Part shown: positions 1-8,897 of the stretch, piece by piece
Layout of the letters: each line of letters starts with the position of its first letter
Numbering within the stretch: the first letter of the stretch is position 1
Assembly (NCBI GenBank): GCA_012841935.1
Contig: DUTS01000062.1
Coordinates: 1-40,150, forward strand
Direction: 5' to 3'
DNA: 40,150 bases
DNA from: Clostridia bacterium
Lineage (GTDB): Bacteria > Bacillota > Peptococcia > DRI-13 > DTU073
The notes under the pieces: model-generated
What the model was told of the DNA's origin: nothing
Seen by the model: only the letters and a program-made list of their open reading frames with translations
Database searches by the model: none
Translations under genes and position numbers: made by a program

Positions 1-909
1 CCCACTGCTGTAGGAAAAACAAAAATAGCGGTAGATTTAGCCTTAAAAATGAATGGTGAAATTATCTCCGGAGATTCCATGCAGGTTTATCGGGGAATGG
101 ATATCGGCACTGCTAAAATTAAACCCGAAGAAACCAAAGGAATTGTTCATCATCTAATTGATATTTGTAATCCAGATGAACCATTTAGTGCAGCTGATTT
201 CCAAAAACTGGCTAGGGAAAAAATTAAAGAGATCAGCCAAAAGGGGAAACTACCTTTTTTAGTTGGTGGTACCGGGTTTTATATTGATGCAGTACTTTAT
301 CCCTACCAATTTACCGGTCAAGGTGACATTTTACCATATCGCCGCTATTATTATTCCTTAGCTAAACAGAAAGGTAAAGAATATGTCCACCAACTTTTAA
401 AAAAAATTGATCCACAAGCTGCTCGAAAAATTCACCCACATGATTTAAAACGGGTCAGTAGAGCCTTAGAATATTATCAGGCTACAAATGGTAAACTTAT
501 TTCCGAAAAAAAAGACACAGCTAAACAAAAACCACTTTACCATGCCGTGATGCTGGGTTTAAGCATGGAACGAAATCTGCTTTACCAAAATATTGAAAAA
601 CGAGTGGATAAAATGATGGCTAATGGTTTTTTAGAAGAAGTGGCTGCTCTTTTAAAACAAGGCTATTCACCGAAATTAACTGCTTTACAAGGATTGGGAT
701 ATCGACAATTAATACAATATTACCAAGGTGAAATAAATTTAAATACAGCCATTGAATTAATAAAACGAGATACCCGCCGTTTTGCCAAACGGCAGTGGAC
801 ATGGTTTAAAAGAAATAAAGCCATAAAATGGTTTGACATTAAAGCACCAGACGTGAAAACTCAAATCTTAGCATATCTAAGCAGGACTCTAAGCTTAGGT
901 GCAGAATAA
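1..909 (+). CDS. miaA: tRNA dimethylallyltransferase MiaA (5' end lies outside the window)
   Basis: Frame 1 is open from base 1 (PTAVGKTKIAVDLALK...) into the 49..909 ORF. It carries typical MiaA motifs (GDSMQVYRGMDIGTAK, RRFAKRQWTWF). It is followed by hfq, the classical miaA-hfq arrangement. Confidence 0.92.
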   Translation, partial: PTAVGKTKIAVDLALKMNGEIISGDSMQVYRGMDIGTAKIKPEETKGIVHHLIDICNPDEPFSAADFQKLAREKIKEISQKGKLPFLVGGTGFYIDAVLYPYQFTGQGDILPYRRYYYSLAKQKGKEYVHQLLKKIDPQAARKIHPHDLKRVSRALEYYQATNGKLISEKKDTAKQKPLYHAVMLGLSMERNLLYQNIEKRVDKMMANGFLEEVAALLKQGYSPKLTALQGLGYRQLIQYYQGEINLNTAIELIKRDTRRFAKRQWTWFKRNKAIKWFDIKAPDVKTQILAYLSRTLSLGAE

Positions 910-936
910 AAGAAAATATAAAGGAGGGAAAGATAT

Positions 937-1170
937 ATGAGTAAAATACAGTTTAATTTACAGGATAATTTTTTAAATCAAGTTAGAAAAAACAATATAC
1001 CAATTACACTATTTTTAATAAACGGATTCCAATTAAAGGGCTTAGTCAAAGGGTTTGATAACTTTACCATAGTTATGGATATTGACGGTAAACAACAGTT
1101 AATTTATAAACATGCTGTTTCCACTATTTCACCACATAAATTTATTGATTTAAATGAAGAGAGGTGCTGA
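937..1170 (+). CDS. hfq: RNA chaperone Hfq
   Basis: 77-aa ORF with Sm1/Sm2-like sequence ([26 protein letters not shown]...[10 protein letters not shown]). SD AAGGAGGG lies 8 nt upstream of the ATG. Confidence 0.93.
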   Translation: MSKIQFNLQDNFLNQVRKNNIPITLFLINGFQLKGLVKGFDNFTIVMDIDGKQQLIYKHAVSTISPHKFIDLNEERC

Positions 1171-1174
1171 TTTT

Positions 1175-2275
1175 TTGAACTTATCGCTCATTTCCGAATT
1201 TATAGGGGCCTTACCGCATTTATTGGTTCGGAGCACTTGTGCAATTATTCTGATTACTTTCTTTTGGTTAATTAAAAATCAATTAACAAATTTGATTTTT
1301 AAATTTGTTTTAAAAATGGTAAAACAGGTTCATATTCCTTTTACCGAAAATCTTTTATTGTCCTTTAAAAAACCAATTCATTATTTCTTTATTTTCTTAG
1401 GTTTTTACTTAGCTGTTTTTTGTTTTTTTGCACCTTTTACAAGTGAACAAACACTATTTATTTCCAAGATATCACGCTCAATATTTATAATCCTCATAAC
1501 CTGGGGGATTTATAATTTAACAGATTTGGAATCAGTTATCTTTAAAAAATTACAAACAAAATTAAACTTGGAAATTGACCAAGTTTTAGCTGTATTTCTT
1601 TCCAAGTTTTTACGGGTGGTGCTTGTTTTAATCGCCTTTACTATTATTGCCCAAGAATGGAATTATGATCTCAATGGCTTAATTGCCGGTTTGGGTTTGG
1701 GTGGTTTGGCCATCGCTTTAGCGGCTAAAGATAGTTTAGCCAACATTTTTGGCGGCGTGGTAATTCTTTTAGACAAACCTTTTACCTTAAATGACTGGAT
1801 TAGTACTTCACAAGTAGAAGGAACGGTGGAGGAAATTGGTTTCCGGAGTACTAAAATCAGAACATTTACCCAAGCACTGGTTACCGTACCTAATTCCACC
1901 TTAGCTGATGAAGCGATAACTAATTGGTCTAAAAGAGGAAAAAGGCGTATCGATTTTGAATTAACAGTAAGCTTTGATACACCTCAAGAAAAACTAACGA
2001 ATTGTCTACAGAAACTAAAACAAATGTTAAAAAATCATCCGGAAATACACCAAGATGCAATTTATGTTCATTTCCGTGATTTTGGTGAAAATGGCTTTCA
2101 AATTTACTTTTACTTTTTTACAATTACCACTGTTTTTAGGGAATTTTTACACGTCCGGGAAGATGTTAATTATAAAATACTGCAGATTTTAGAGGCTGAA
2201 GGAATTAAATTAGCTTATCCCAGCAGAAATCTTTATTTAAAAACACTCCCGGAAAGTAATTTACTTCGGAATTAA
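1175..2275 (+). CDS. Mechanosensitive ion channel (MscS family) protein
   Basis: N-terminal TM helices are followed by an MscS-type core (LANIFGGVVILLDKPFTLNDWI...GTVEEIGFRSTKIRT). The ORF opens at ATG 1154, which has no SD and overlaps hfq. In-frame TTG 1175 is preceded by GAGGTG at 7 nt and is preferred. The start is uncertain (1154 or 1175). Confidence 0.85.
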   Translation: MNLSLISEFIGALPHLLVRSTCAIILITFFWLIKNQLTNLIFKFVLKMVKQVHIPFTENLLLSFKKPIHYFFIFLGFYLAVFCFFAPFTSEQTLFISKISRSIFIILITWGIYNLTDLESVIFKKLQTKLNLEIDQVLAVFLSKFLRVVLVLIAFTIIAQEWNYDLNGLIAGLGLGGLAIALAAKDSLANIFGGVVILLDKPFTLNDWISTSQVEGTVEEIGFRSTKIRTFTQALVTVPNSTLADEAITNWSKRGKRRIDFELTVSFDTPQEKLTNCLQKLKQMLKNHPEIHQDAIYVHFRDFGENGFQIYFYFFTITTVFREFLHVREDVNYKILQILEAEGIKLAYPSRNLYLKTLPESNLLRN

Positions 2276-2279
2276 CCTG

Positions 2280-2441
2280 TCATTTACGAGTTGTTTTTAA
2301 CATATTTAATGTACCTAAAATAATGTGGGCAATTCCAAATCCTTTTAAACCTGCACCCAATGGACCCCGCATTCTAGAACCTATTTTAGTCATAGCTGCA
2401 CCCAAACCTGTAACTAACCAACCTACACGTCTTTTTTTCAC
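2280..2441 (-). CDS. Small Gly-rich basic membrane/amphipathic protein (53 aa from GTG 2441; 58 aa if ATG 2456), not in the ORF track
   Basis: My translation of the minus strand: (MGVNT)VKKRRVGWLVTGLGAAMTKIGSRMRGPLGAGLKGFGIAHIILGTLNMLKTTRK*. GGGGGTGA lies 5 nt upstream of GTG 2441. The ORF fills an otherwise empty 256-nt gap between mscS and ddl. No family was recognised. Confidence 0.35.
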   Translation of the reverse strand: MKKRRVGWLVTGLGAAMTKIGSRMRGPLGAGLKGFGIAHIILGTLNMLKTTRK

Positions 2442-2531
2442 TGTATTCACCCCCATAATCGATATTATTTCTCAATAAAAAAAGAAATATACTACAACAG
2501 TTTTGAATAAAAATAATCTGGGAGTGATTAG

Positions 2532-3620
2532 ATGTCTAAATTAATGGTAGCTTTATTTTTCGGTGGTTGTTCTGGTGAACATGAAGTTTCACTTAATTCA
2601 GCGTATTCAGTTGCTCAAGGTTTAAAAGAAAACTTTAATCTTTTCCCCATAGGTATAGCTAAAGATGGACAATGGTATGGACCAATTCCCGTTGCCCAAA
2701 TACCCAATTTTCGGCCTGAAGAATTTCAAGAACAAAAAATTACTATTTTGCCTTTTCCTAATTCTGGCGGCCAAATTTATAGTTTACCTAATTTAAAAAA
2801 AATCACTAAAGCCGATATCTTTTTCCCGGTCTTGCACGGTACCTATGGTGAGGATGGTACAATTCAAGGTTTATTAGAATTGGCACAAGTACCTTATGTG
2901 GGTGCCCGTGTACTTGCTTCAGCTGCCGGCATGGATAAAATAATTATGAAAAATATTTTTGCACAAGCTAATCTACCACAAGTGCCTTATTTAGGATTAT
3001 CACGCTCGGAAATAGAAAAAGATAGCCTGAGCTTAAAAATTGAAGAAAAACTAGGCTATCCATGTTTTATAAAACCCGTTAATTTGGGTTCTAGTGTTGG
3101 TATTTCTAAAGTTAAAAACCGAAAAGAATTAAAACAGGCTTTAAAAATTGCGGCACGCTATGATCGAAGAATAATAGTAGAAAAGGGAGTAGAGGCACGC
3201 GAATTTGAAATTAGTATTTTAGGTAATGATGAACCCCAGGCATCTATCCCCGGGGAAATTGTTCCTGGTAATGAATTTTACGATTATGAAGCCAAATATA
3301 TTTTAAATACTTCTCATTTGCATATTCCCGCTAATTTACCAAATGAGCAGGTAGAATTAATGCAAAAATTAGCTATTCGAGCCTATCGGGCCCTTGATTG
3401 TTCAGGTCTTGCCCGCATAGACTTTTTTATCACTAAGAATACGGAAGAAATTTTAATAAATGAAATTAATACCCTACCTGGTTTTACGGAAATTAGTATG
3501 TATCCAAAATTATGGGAGCATTCCGGAATCTCTAAGGAAGACCTACTTAATAAACTAATTTATTTGGCCCTAGAAGATTATGCTGAAAAAAGCAAAACCA
3601 TAACTAGTTATCAGCCTTAA
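2532..3620 (+). CDS. ddl: D-alanine--D-alanine ligase
   Basis: 362 aa with an ATP-grasp Ddl signature (FFGGCSGEHEVSL..., FPVLHGTYGEDGTIQGLLE, ARIDFF...INEINTLPGFT). SD GGGAGTGA is present upstream. Confidence 0.95.
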   Translation: MSKLMVALFFGGCSGEHEVSLNSAYSVAQGLKENFNLFPIGIAKDGQWYGPIPVAQIPNFRPEEFQEQKITILPFPNSGGQIYSLPNLKKITKADIFFPVLHGTYGEDGTIQGLLELAQVPYVGARVLASAAGMDKIIMKNIFAQANLPQVPYLGLSRSEIEKDSLSLKIEEKLGYPCFIKPVNLGSSVGISKVKNRKELKQALKIAARYDRRIIVEKGVEAREFEISILGNDEPQASIPGEIVPGNEFYDYEAKYILNTSHLHIPANLPNEQVELMQKLAIRAYRALDCSGLARIDFFITKNTEEILINEINTLPGFTEISMYPKLWEHSGISKEDLLNKLIYLALEDYAEKSKTITSYQP

Positions 3621-4246
3621 TTCAATTTACGAACCAAACCAATTACTTTACCCAAAATTTTTAATTCACGATCACTGCGAACAATAATAGGGTTATAAAA
3701 ATCATTTTCCGGCTGGAGACGAATATAATTGTGGCCGCGGTAAAATCTTTTGACCGTGACTTCATTTTCGATAATAGCTACAATTATATCACCTTCTTCA
3801 GCCGTATTTTGTTTTTTAACAACAATCCAATCCTTGTCCAAAATTCCCACATTTATCATACTGTCACCTTTAATATTTAACATAAACACTTCATCAGTAC
3901 CCGTAAATTCATAAGGAAGGGGGAAGGTATCCTCAATATTTTCAACAGCTAAAATAGGTTTCCCGGCGGTTACTTGTCCAATTATAGGCACATTGACTAA
4001 ATCCTTATTAACTTTTAGAGCCTCATTTATTATTTCAATAGCCCGCGGTTTCGCCGGGTCTTTTTTAATATAACCTTTTTCCTCTAACTGATTTAAATGA
4101 TTATGTACTGAAGCACTTGATTTCAGTCCCACTATTTTCCCTATTTCCCTAACAGTAGGTGGGTAACCTTTACTTTTAATTTCTTTCACAATTACCTTTA
4201 AAATTTCCCTTTGCCTTGGTGAAAGATCTACAAAACTTTCATACAT
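3617..4246 (-). CDS. lexA: SOS transcriptional repressor LexA
   Basis: 209 aa. It has an N-terminal wHTH (LSPRQREILKVIVKEIKSKGYPPTVREIG) and a C-terminal S24 autopeptidase (AG cleavage site VTAGKPI, GDSM, VTVKR). Confidence 0.95.
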   Translation of the reverse strand: MYESFVDLSPRQREILKVIVKEIKSKGYPPTVREIGKIVGLKSSASVHNHLNQLEEKGYIKKDPAKPRAIEIINEALKVNKDLVNVPIIGQVTAGKPILAVENIEDTFPLPYEFTGTDEVFMLNIKGDSMINVGILDKDWIVVKKQNTAEEGDIIVAIIENEVTVKRFYRGHNYIRLQPENDFYNPIIVRSDRELKILGKVIGLVRKLN

Positions 4247-4266
4247 AGAACATCCTCCTCACAAAA

Positions 4267-4320
4267 TAACATTTATTCAAATTGTAACATAATTTAATTT
4301 ATTTTACAAACACTGGTTTG
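4267..4320 (-). promoter_or_regulatory. Candidate lexA promoter with two Cheo-box-like LexA operators
   Basis: The minus strand reads CAAAC-CAGT-GTTTG (4307..4320, perfect 5-bp arms, AAAC-N4-GTTT). This overlaps a -35-like TTTGTA and lies upstream of an extended -10, TGTTACAAT. A second, weaker site GAAT-AAAT-GTTA (4267..4278) lies between the -10 and the SD. The Firmicute LexA consensus is GAAC-N4-GTTC. Confidence 0.4.
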
Positions 4321-4342
4321 GAAAAACTTATCAGCATTACCC

Positions 4343-5221
4343 TTAGGGCACGAAAACCTTTAAAGCCTGGTGCAAAAATTTTACCCGGGAAGGAAGGGGA
4401 GGACCCTTTTCGCCATCTACACTTAAATAAACATCTCTAGGTCCTTCGATAAGACATTCACTAGCCCGCAGTCGCATTACATGTCTAGTATCAAGGGCCT
4501 CTTGACTTAAGACTCGAAAAAACAAGGTAGCTAAATCAAGAGGATAACAATCCTTAATAATAATAATATCCATTAAACCATCAGAAATATCTGCATCCTT
4601 GATCAAATTAGTAAAACCGGCACCATGAGTACCATTCAAAATACAAAATAAAAGACTTTTTACTTTTAAGCATTTTCTTTCTGTAGTAATTTTTAAAGGA
4701 AATGCCTTTTTATAAGCTACTTCACCTAAAGCTTTTAAATAATAAGCCAAAGGCCCGAAATTCCGCTTTAAATCATCATTAGTATTAAAGGATATTTCGG
4801 CAAATAGTCCTCCAGCACAAGTGTTTAAAAAATAATGTTCATCATTGAGTAAACCCAAATCCACCGCTCGAGTTTTACCCTCAAAAATAACCTTTAAGCA
4901 GTCTTCAAGACTTGTAGGGATCTGCAGACTGCTAGCAAAATCATTACAGGTTCCGGCGGGAATAATACCGATGGGAATATGACAATTATTTTTTAAAAAA
5001 AAGTTAATAGTGGTATGAAGGGTACCATCACCACCAGAAAGAATTACAAAGTCAAATTGATTAAGTTTTAAAGTGGTTAAAAACTGATTACTATTTTTAT
5101 CAATACGGTATGGAAATAAAACTACCTGATTTTCTTGTGCTTTTTTTAAAATATAATCTAATTGGTGAAGAATACTGCGATCACCAGAATAAGGATTATA
5201 AATTAAAAGGGCCTTTTGCAT
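4343..5221 (-). CDS. Diacylglycerol/lipid kinase family protein (YegS/BmrU-type)
   Basis: 292 aa with a DAGK catalytic-domain signature (LLIYNPYSGD..., FVILSGGDGTLH, IPAGTCNDFA). Confidence 0.88.
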   Translation of the reverse strand: MQKALLIYNPYSGDRSILHQLDYILKKAQENQVVLFPYRIDKNSNQFLTTLKLNQFDFVILSGGDGTLHTTINFFLKNNCHIPIGIIPAGTCNDFASSLQIPTSLEDCLKVIFEGKTRAVDLGLLNDEHYFLNTCAGGLFAEISFNTNDDLKRNFGPLAYYLKALGEVAYKKAFPLKITTERKCLKVKSLLFCILNGTHGAGFTNLIKDADISDGLMDIIIIKDCYPLDLATLFFRVLSQEALDTRHVMRLRASECLIEGPRDVYLSVDGEKGPPLPSRVKFLHQALKVFVP

Positions 5222-5320
5222 TTTGGATACCTCCGTTAATCATAATTATAATATAGAATGATTATTTTTCATATTCTCAGCGACGATTTTTAATCAAGTT
5301 AACATAATGTCTATTATCGG

Positions 5321-5349
5321 AAGTAAAATAACCAAGATTTTAACTTGGT
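5321..5349 (-). terminator. Weak putative rho-independent terminator after the EIIC-like gene
   Basis: The minus-strand RNA immediately after the TAG stop reads ACCAAG-UUAAAAU-CUUGGU followed by UAUUUUACUU. The stem is only 6 bp. Confidence 0.3.
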
Positions 5350-6363
5350 CTAAGTATCCAACTTTAGATCCCCCCATTTAATCCAATTCCGACGACGCAT
5401 AAATTCAGAAATTAAAAGTGTAATTACTGCCGGTAAAATAAGATGTAAAATCACGATGTTTAAAAAAACATTCGGGCTGGCACCCATAGCTTCAATAGTT
5501 CCAAATTGACCCACTAAACCACTTGTACCCATCCCTGCACCAGCTGGTACATTTTTCATTTGAAAAATTGTTGTAGCCAAAGGCCCCAAAAGCATACTAG
5601 TTAGTGTTGGTGGAATTAAAATTAAAGGGTTTTTAACAATATTGGGAATCTGCAACATAGATGTACCTAAACCCTGAGAAATTAAACCACTCCAACCGTT
5701 TTCACGATAACTAGCAATAGCAAAACCAATCATTTGAGCTGAACAGCCTACTGTAGCCGCACCTGCAGCTAAACCACTTAAATCCAACATAATAGCTAAA
5801 GCGGCACTAGAAATAGGTGCTGTTAAAGCTAAACCCATTAACAGGGAAACTAAAACACCCATGGGAATTGGTTTTAATTCTGTTGCTTTCATGATTAAAT
5901 CACCTAGAGCATTCATCAAGGCAGCTATTCCTGGACCCACAAATTGTGCAGTTAGCACCCCCATAAGAATTGTGACCATGGGAGTAACAATGATATCAAT
6001 TTTAGTTTCTTTGGAAACTATTTTTCCAAATTCGGTACCAATCACTACAGCTATAAAACAACCAGCTGGACCTCCCAATTCCGCACCTGCCATACCGGTT
6101 ATTGTGGAGGCAAAAAGTACCAAAGGTGGAGCCTGTAATCCATGGGCAACCGCTACTCCAATGGCCGGCCCCAACATCCCCATCGCTTTGAGTCCACAAG
6201 TAACCAAGAACTGTATGCCTATTTTTTCCCCGATCACCTTTAAAATTAAACCAACAATTAGGGAAGCAAAAAGACCTAGGGCCATAGCTCCTAAAGCATC
6301 AATCGCATACCGTTTTAATGATAATTCAATATTTTTGCGTTTTAAAAAACCCTCTTTTCCCAT
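5350..6363 (-). CDS. PTS EIIC-like integral membrane protein (PfoR/COG3641-type)
   Basis: 337 aa, polytopic and Gly/Ala-rich throughout. It resembles the orphan 'PTS sugar transporter subunit IIC'/PfoR family as I recall it. No EIIA, EIIB or sugar-catabolic genes are adjacent. Confidence 0.7.
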   Translation of the reverse strand: MGKEGFLKRKNIELSLKRYAIDALGAMALGLFASLIVGLILKVIGEKIGIQFLVTCGLKAMGMLGPAIGVAVAHGLQAPPLVLFASTITGMAGAELGGPAGCFIAVVIGTEFGKIVSKETKIDIIVTPMVTILMGVLTAQFVGPGIAALMNALGDLIMKATELKPIPMGVLVSLLMGLALTAPISSAALAIMLDLSGLAAGAATVGCSAQMIGFAIASYRENGWSGLISQGLGTSMLQIPNIVKNPLILIPPTLTSMLLGPLATTIFQMKNVPAGAGMGTSGLVGQFGTIEAMGASPNVFLNIVILHLILPAVITLLISEFMRRRNWIKWGDLKLDT

Positions 6364-6434
6364 ACTTCCTCTACTCCTTCATTTTAGATAATCTTCACTA
6401 TATCTTAACACCTTCTTTTGGTAACAACAAGCAT

Positions 6435-6463
6435 AAAAAAAATGACTGAGAAAAATCTCAGCC
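6435..6463 (-). terminator. Rho-independent terminator of the CBM-like gene
   Basis: The minus-strand RNA reads GGCUGAG-AUUUUU-CUCAGUC followed by AUUUUUUUU. The 5' arm contains the TGA stop codon. Confidence 0.6.
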
Positions 6464-6757
6464 ATTTTTATCAAGGTTTAAACTCCAATTTAAACCGTAA
6501 TTATTATCCCAATTACCTGCCCCATCGTGAAAACAAAAATTAATTTGCTCATCTTGGGGTATTAATTCCGCTTGCCAAGCAGTACCTTCCTTTTCCATTT
6601 TGATATCCTTGATATTTTCCCACTGTTCATTTACTCCTGTTCCTACATGAGCATAAATAATAGGGACATCACTTTGAGCCAAAGGACCATTATAGGTAAT
6701 AGTAACAGCCTGTTTTGTTGCTTTGCTTTTTAATGGGGAACGAAAAAATTCTAACAT
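6458..6757 (-). CDS. Small standalone carbohydrate-binding-module-like protein (CBM25/CBM53-like)
   Basis: 99 aa with no signal peptide. The C-terminal motif FCFHDGAGNWDNNYGLNW matches the starch/glycogen-binding CBM25/53 signature (F.F.dg.g.WDNN.G.N). It has its own SD (GGGAGG) and terminator. Confidence 0.6.
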   Translation of the reverse strand: MLEFFRSPLKSKATKQAVTITYNGPLAQSDVPIIYAHVGTGVNEQWENIKDIKMEKEGTAWQAELIPQDEQINFCFHDGAGNWDNNYGLNWSLNLDKNG

Positions 6758-6840
6758 ATTTAATACCTCCCGGAAGTTTTAGGCTTTATGCTTATTATTT
6801 TAAAAAAGCTTCCGGATTATTAGTAGTAAAATTTAGCTTT

Positions 6841-8892
6841 TTATTCCCCTTGGTTTTCCTTGATTAAATCACCAATAGTAACTAAGTCCTGAGTATCTTG
6901 ATGACCTAAATAAGAAGCATATTTCGCCTCTTCTTCGTCAATAAGGGCATCCTTAATACTTAAGCTGATTCGTTTTCTTTCCACATCAATGGACATTATT
7001 TTTGCCTGTATTTCTTGACCTACTTCTAAAACATCACTAACAGTGTCAATTCTTTGTTTCGAGATTTTAGAAATATGCACCAAACCGTCCAAACCCGGTT
7101 CAAGCTCCACAAAAGCACCAAAGGAAACAATACGCACTACTTTCCCGGTAATAATACTATTAACTTCATATTTTTTTATGGCTTCCTGCCAAGGATCAGG
7201 TAATAATTCTTTTAAACTTAAGGATATTTTTTCTTTATCACGATCTACACTTAGAACATAAACTTCTATTTCCTGTCCTTCTTGGACTACATCAGAGGGA
7301 TGATCAACACGCTGCCAACCTAATTCAGAAACATGTAAAAGACCATCTAATCCACCTAAGTCTACAAAAGCACCAAAATTAGTAAGCCTTTTTACTACCC
7401 CTTTTCTAGTTTGACCAGCCTCAATATCTTTTAATAAAGCAGCTTTTTGCTTTTCTCTTTCTTCAGCAAGAACAATCCTTTGGGAAAGAACTACTTTGCC
7501 TTTTTCCGGCTCCAGTTCCAAAATTCTCAGACGTAATACTTTCTGAAGATACTCTGAAAAATCTTTAACAAAAAATAATTCCACTTGGGAAGCAGGTACA
7601 AAACCTTTAACACCTACATCAACCAATAAACCACCTTTAACTATTTCGATAACTGGGGCCTCAATAATTTCATTGGCCTTCTTAACTTGGGCCAAATGTT
7701 CCATAATTTCATTAAAATGAGCCCTTTTACGTGAAAGAATAATATTACCTTCCTCATCCTTTTTAACGACCTCTACCGTAATTTCTTCACCAACCTCTAA
7801 AACATCACAGAGATCAACTTTAGTGTTTGAAAATTCAGTTACGGGTAAAATACCTTCCGATTTTCCACCTATATCTATTAAGGCCTCATCACTGGCTACC
7901 TGGACTATAGTACCGGTAATTAAATCCCCGGGACGAAAGGTTTGTATATTAATTTGTTCCCCTAAATCTATTGAATTAGGTGTTGTTTCTTCGGTTTGTG
8001 GTAAAACAGCCTCCTCTGTTACAACATTATTTTGCTTACTACTTTCCTCCATGTTTTCTTCTTGCACATCCATTTTGTATTCTTCCATTTGTTCAATGAC
8101 CTCCTTAATAATCCAGTCAGGAGTTGAAGCCCCCGCTGTAACACCTATTTTAAATTTATTTTGAAACCACTTGAGTTGTAATTCATCCGCCTGTTCTACT
8201 TGATAAGTAGTTACATATTTTTGGCAGACTTCTTTTAATTTTTTAGTATTGGAACTATGTCGGCCGCCAATAACAATCATTAGATCAACTTGTTTTGCTA
8301 GTTTTACGGCGGCCTTTTGCCGAATTCGTGTAGCCGAACAAATCGTTGGTAAAATTTTCAAATCTAGCGGCTGTGTTTGTAGATAAGCTACTAATTCGTT
8401 GAAATTAGTTTCTTTTTCAGTTGTTTGGGCTAAAAGGGCAACTTTATCCTTTAATTTAATTTTTTTTAGTTCTTCTAAAGAATTAATTACAATTGCTTTG
8501 TTTTCGGTCCAGGCCACTATTCCTTGTACTTCTACATGCTGATGATCACCTAAAATAAAGACTTGATATCCCTGTTCGGCTGCCTCACGTGCTACTTTTT
8601 GTGCTTTTTTTACATGAGGACAGGTAACATCAATAATTTTACTCCCCTGTTTTTCTAATAATTCATAAGTTTGGGGACCGACACCATGAGTCCTAATTAA
8701 AACTGCCCCTTTTTCCATTAGCTCATCTTTTTCAATAATGCCCAATTTTTTCAAACGTGCAGTCTCCTGCTTATTGTGTAATAGTGGCCCTAAAGAAAAA
8801 ACAGGTTCCCGGCGAGCGGCTTTTTCCGCCGCCTGAATTGCTTTCTCTACACCAAAACAAAATCCGGCATGTTCAGCTACAATAATTTCCAA
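6841..8892 (-). CDS. ispH: Bifunctional 4-hydroxy-3-methylbut-2-enyl diphosphate reductase (IspH/LytB) / ribosomal protein S1-domain fusion
   Basis: 683 aa. The N-terminal ~280 aa is IspH ([26 protein letters not shown] Cys ligands). An acidic linker is followed by four S1 repeats (GxxVxGxVxxxxxxGxxVDLG...GLLHVSE). This fusion is well known in Clostridia. Confidence 0.93.
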   Translation of the reverse strand: MEIIVAEHAGFCFGVEKAIQAAEKAARREPVFSLGPLLHNKQETARLKKLGIIEKDELMEKGAVLIRTHGVGPQTYELLEKQGSKIIDVTCPHVKKAQKVAREAAEQGYQVFILGDHQHVEVQGIVAWTENKAIVINSLEELKKIKLKDKVALLAQTTEKETNFNELVAYLQTQPLDLKILPTICSATRIRQKAAVKLAKQVDLMIVIGGRHSSNTKKLKEVCQKYVTTYQVEQADELQLKWFQNKFKIGVTAGASTPDWIIKEVIEQMEEYKMDVQEENMEESSKQNNVVTEEAVLPQTEETTPNSIDLGEQINIQTFRPGDLITGTIVQVASDEALIDIGGKSEGILPVTEFSNTKVDLCDVLEVGEEITVEVVKKDEEGNIILSRKRAHFNEIMEHLAQVKKANEIIEAPVIEIVKGGLLVDVGVKGFVPASQVELFFVKDFSEYLQKVLRLRILELEPEKGKVVLSQRIVLAEEREKQKAALLKDIEAGQTRKGVVKRLTNFGAFVDLGGLDGLLHVSELGWQRVDHPSDVVQEGQEIEVYVLSVDRDKEKISLSLKELLPDPWQEAIKKYEVNSIITGKVVRIVSFGAFVELEPGLDGLVHISKISKQRIDTVSDVLEVGQEIQAKIMSIDVERKRISLSIKDALIDEEEAKYASYLGHQDTQDLVTIGDLIKENQGE

Positions 8893-8897
8893 TAGTC

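Noticed and set aside
5861-6391. A 176-aa plus-strand ORF, and the 65-aa 6002..6199 ORF, inside the EIIC-like membrane gene
   Set aside because: It lies antisense to a well-supported polytopic membrane gene. Its Pro/Ser/Thr/Ile-rich composition is typical of a shadow frame of Gly/Ala-rich coding sequence, and it has no SD. The same reasoning applies to 620..802, 1663..1899, 7043..7261, 7823..8164, 9672..9878, 10857..11087, 12517..12810, 12975..13241, 13817..14056 and 14297..14479. It also applies to 23607..23882, 24133..24351, 24941..25141, 25346..25537, 25509..25706, 26578..26784, 27152..27337, 27704..28099, 29502..29861, 31466..31681, 34750..34995 and 39743..39967.
6801-6813. The 13-mer TAAAAAAGCTTCC repeated at 6801..6813 and 12352..12364
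   Set aside because: A rough estimate for a 40-kb AT-rich window predicts many chance 13-mer coincidences of this composition. The flanks are not similar.
6770-6815. An inverted repeat CCGGAAG...CTTCCGG downstream of ispH/S1 as a terminator or SD-sequestering structure for the CBM-like gene
   Set aside because: It has only 7 bp with a 32-nt loop and no adjacent U-tract in the right position. It is too weak to call. No convincing terminator was found after ispH/S1.
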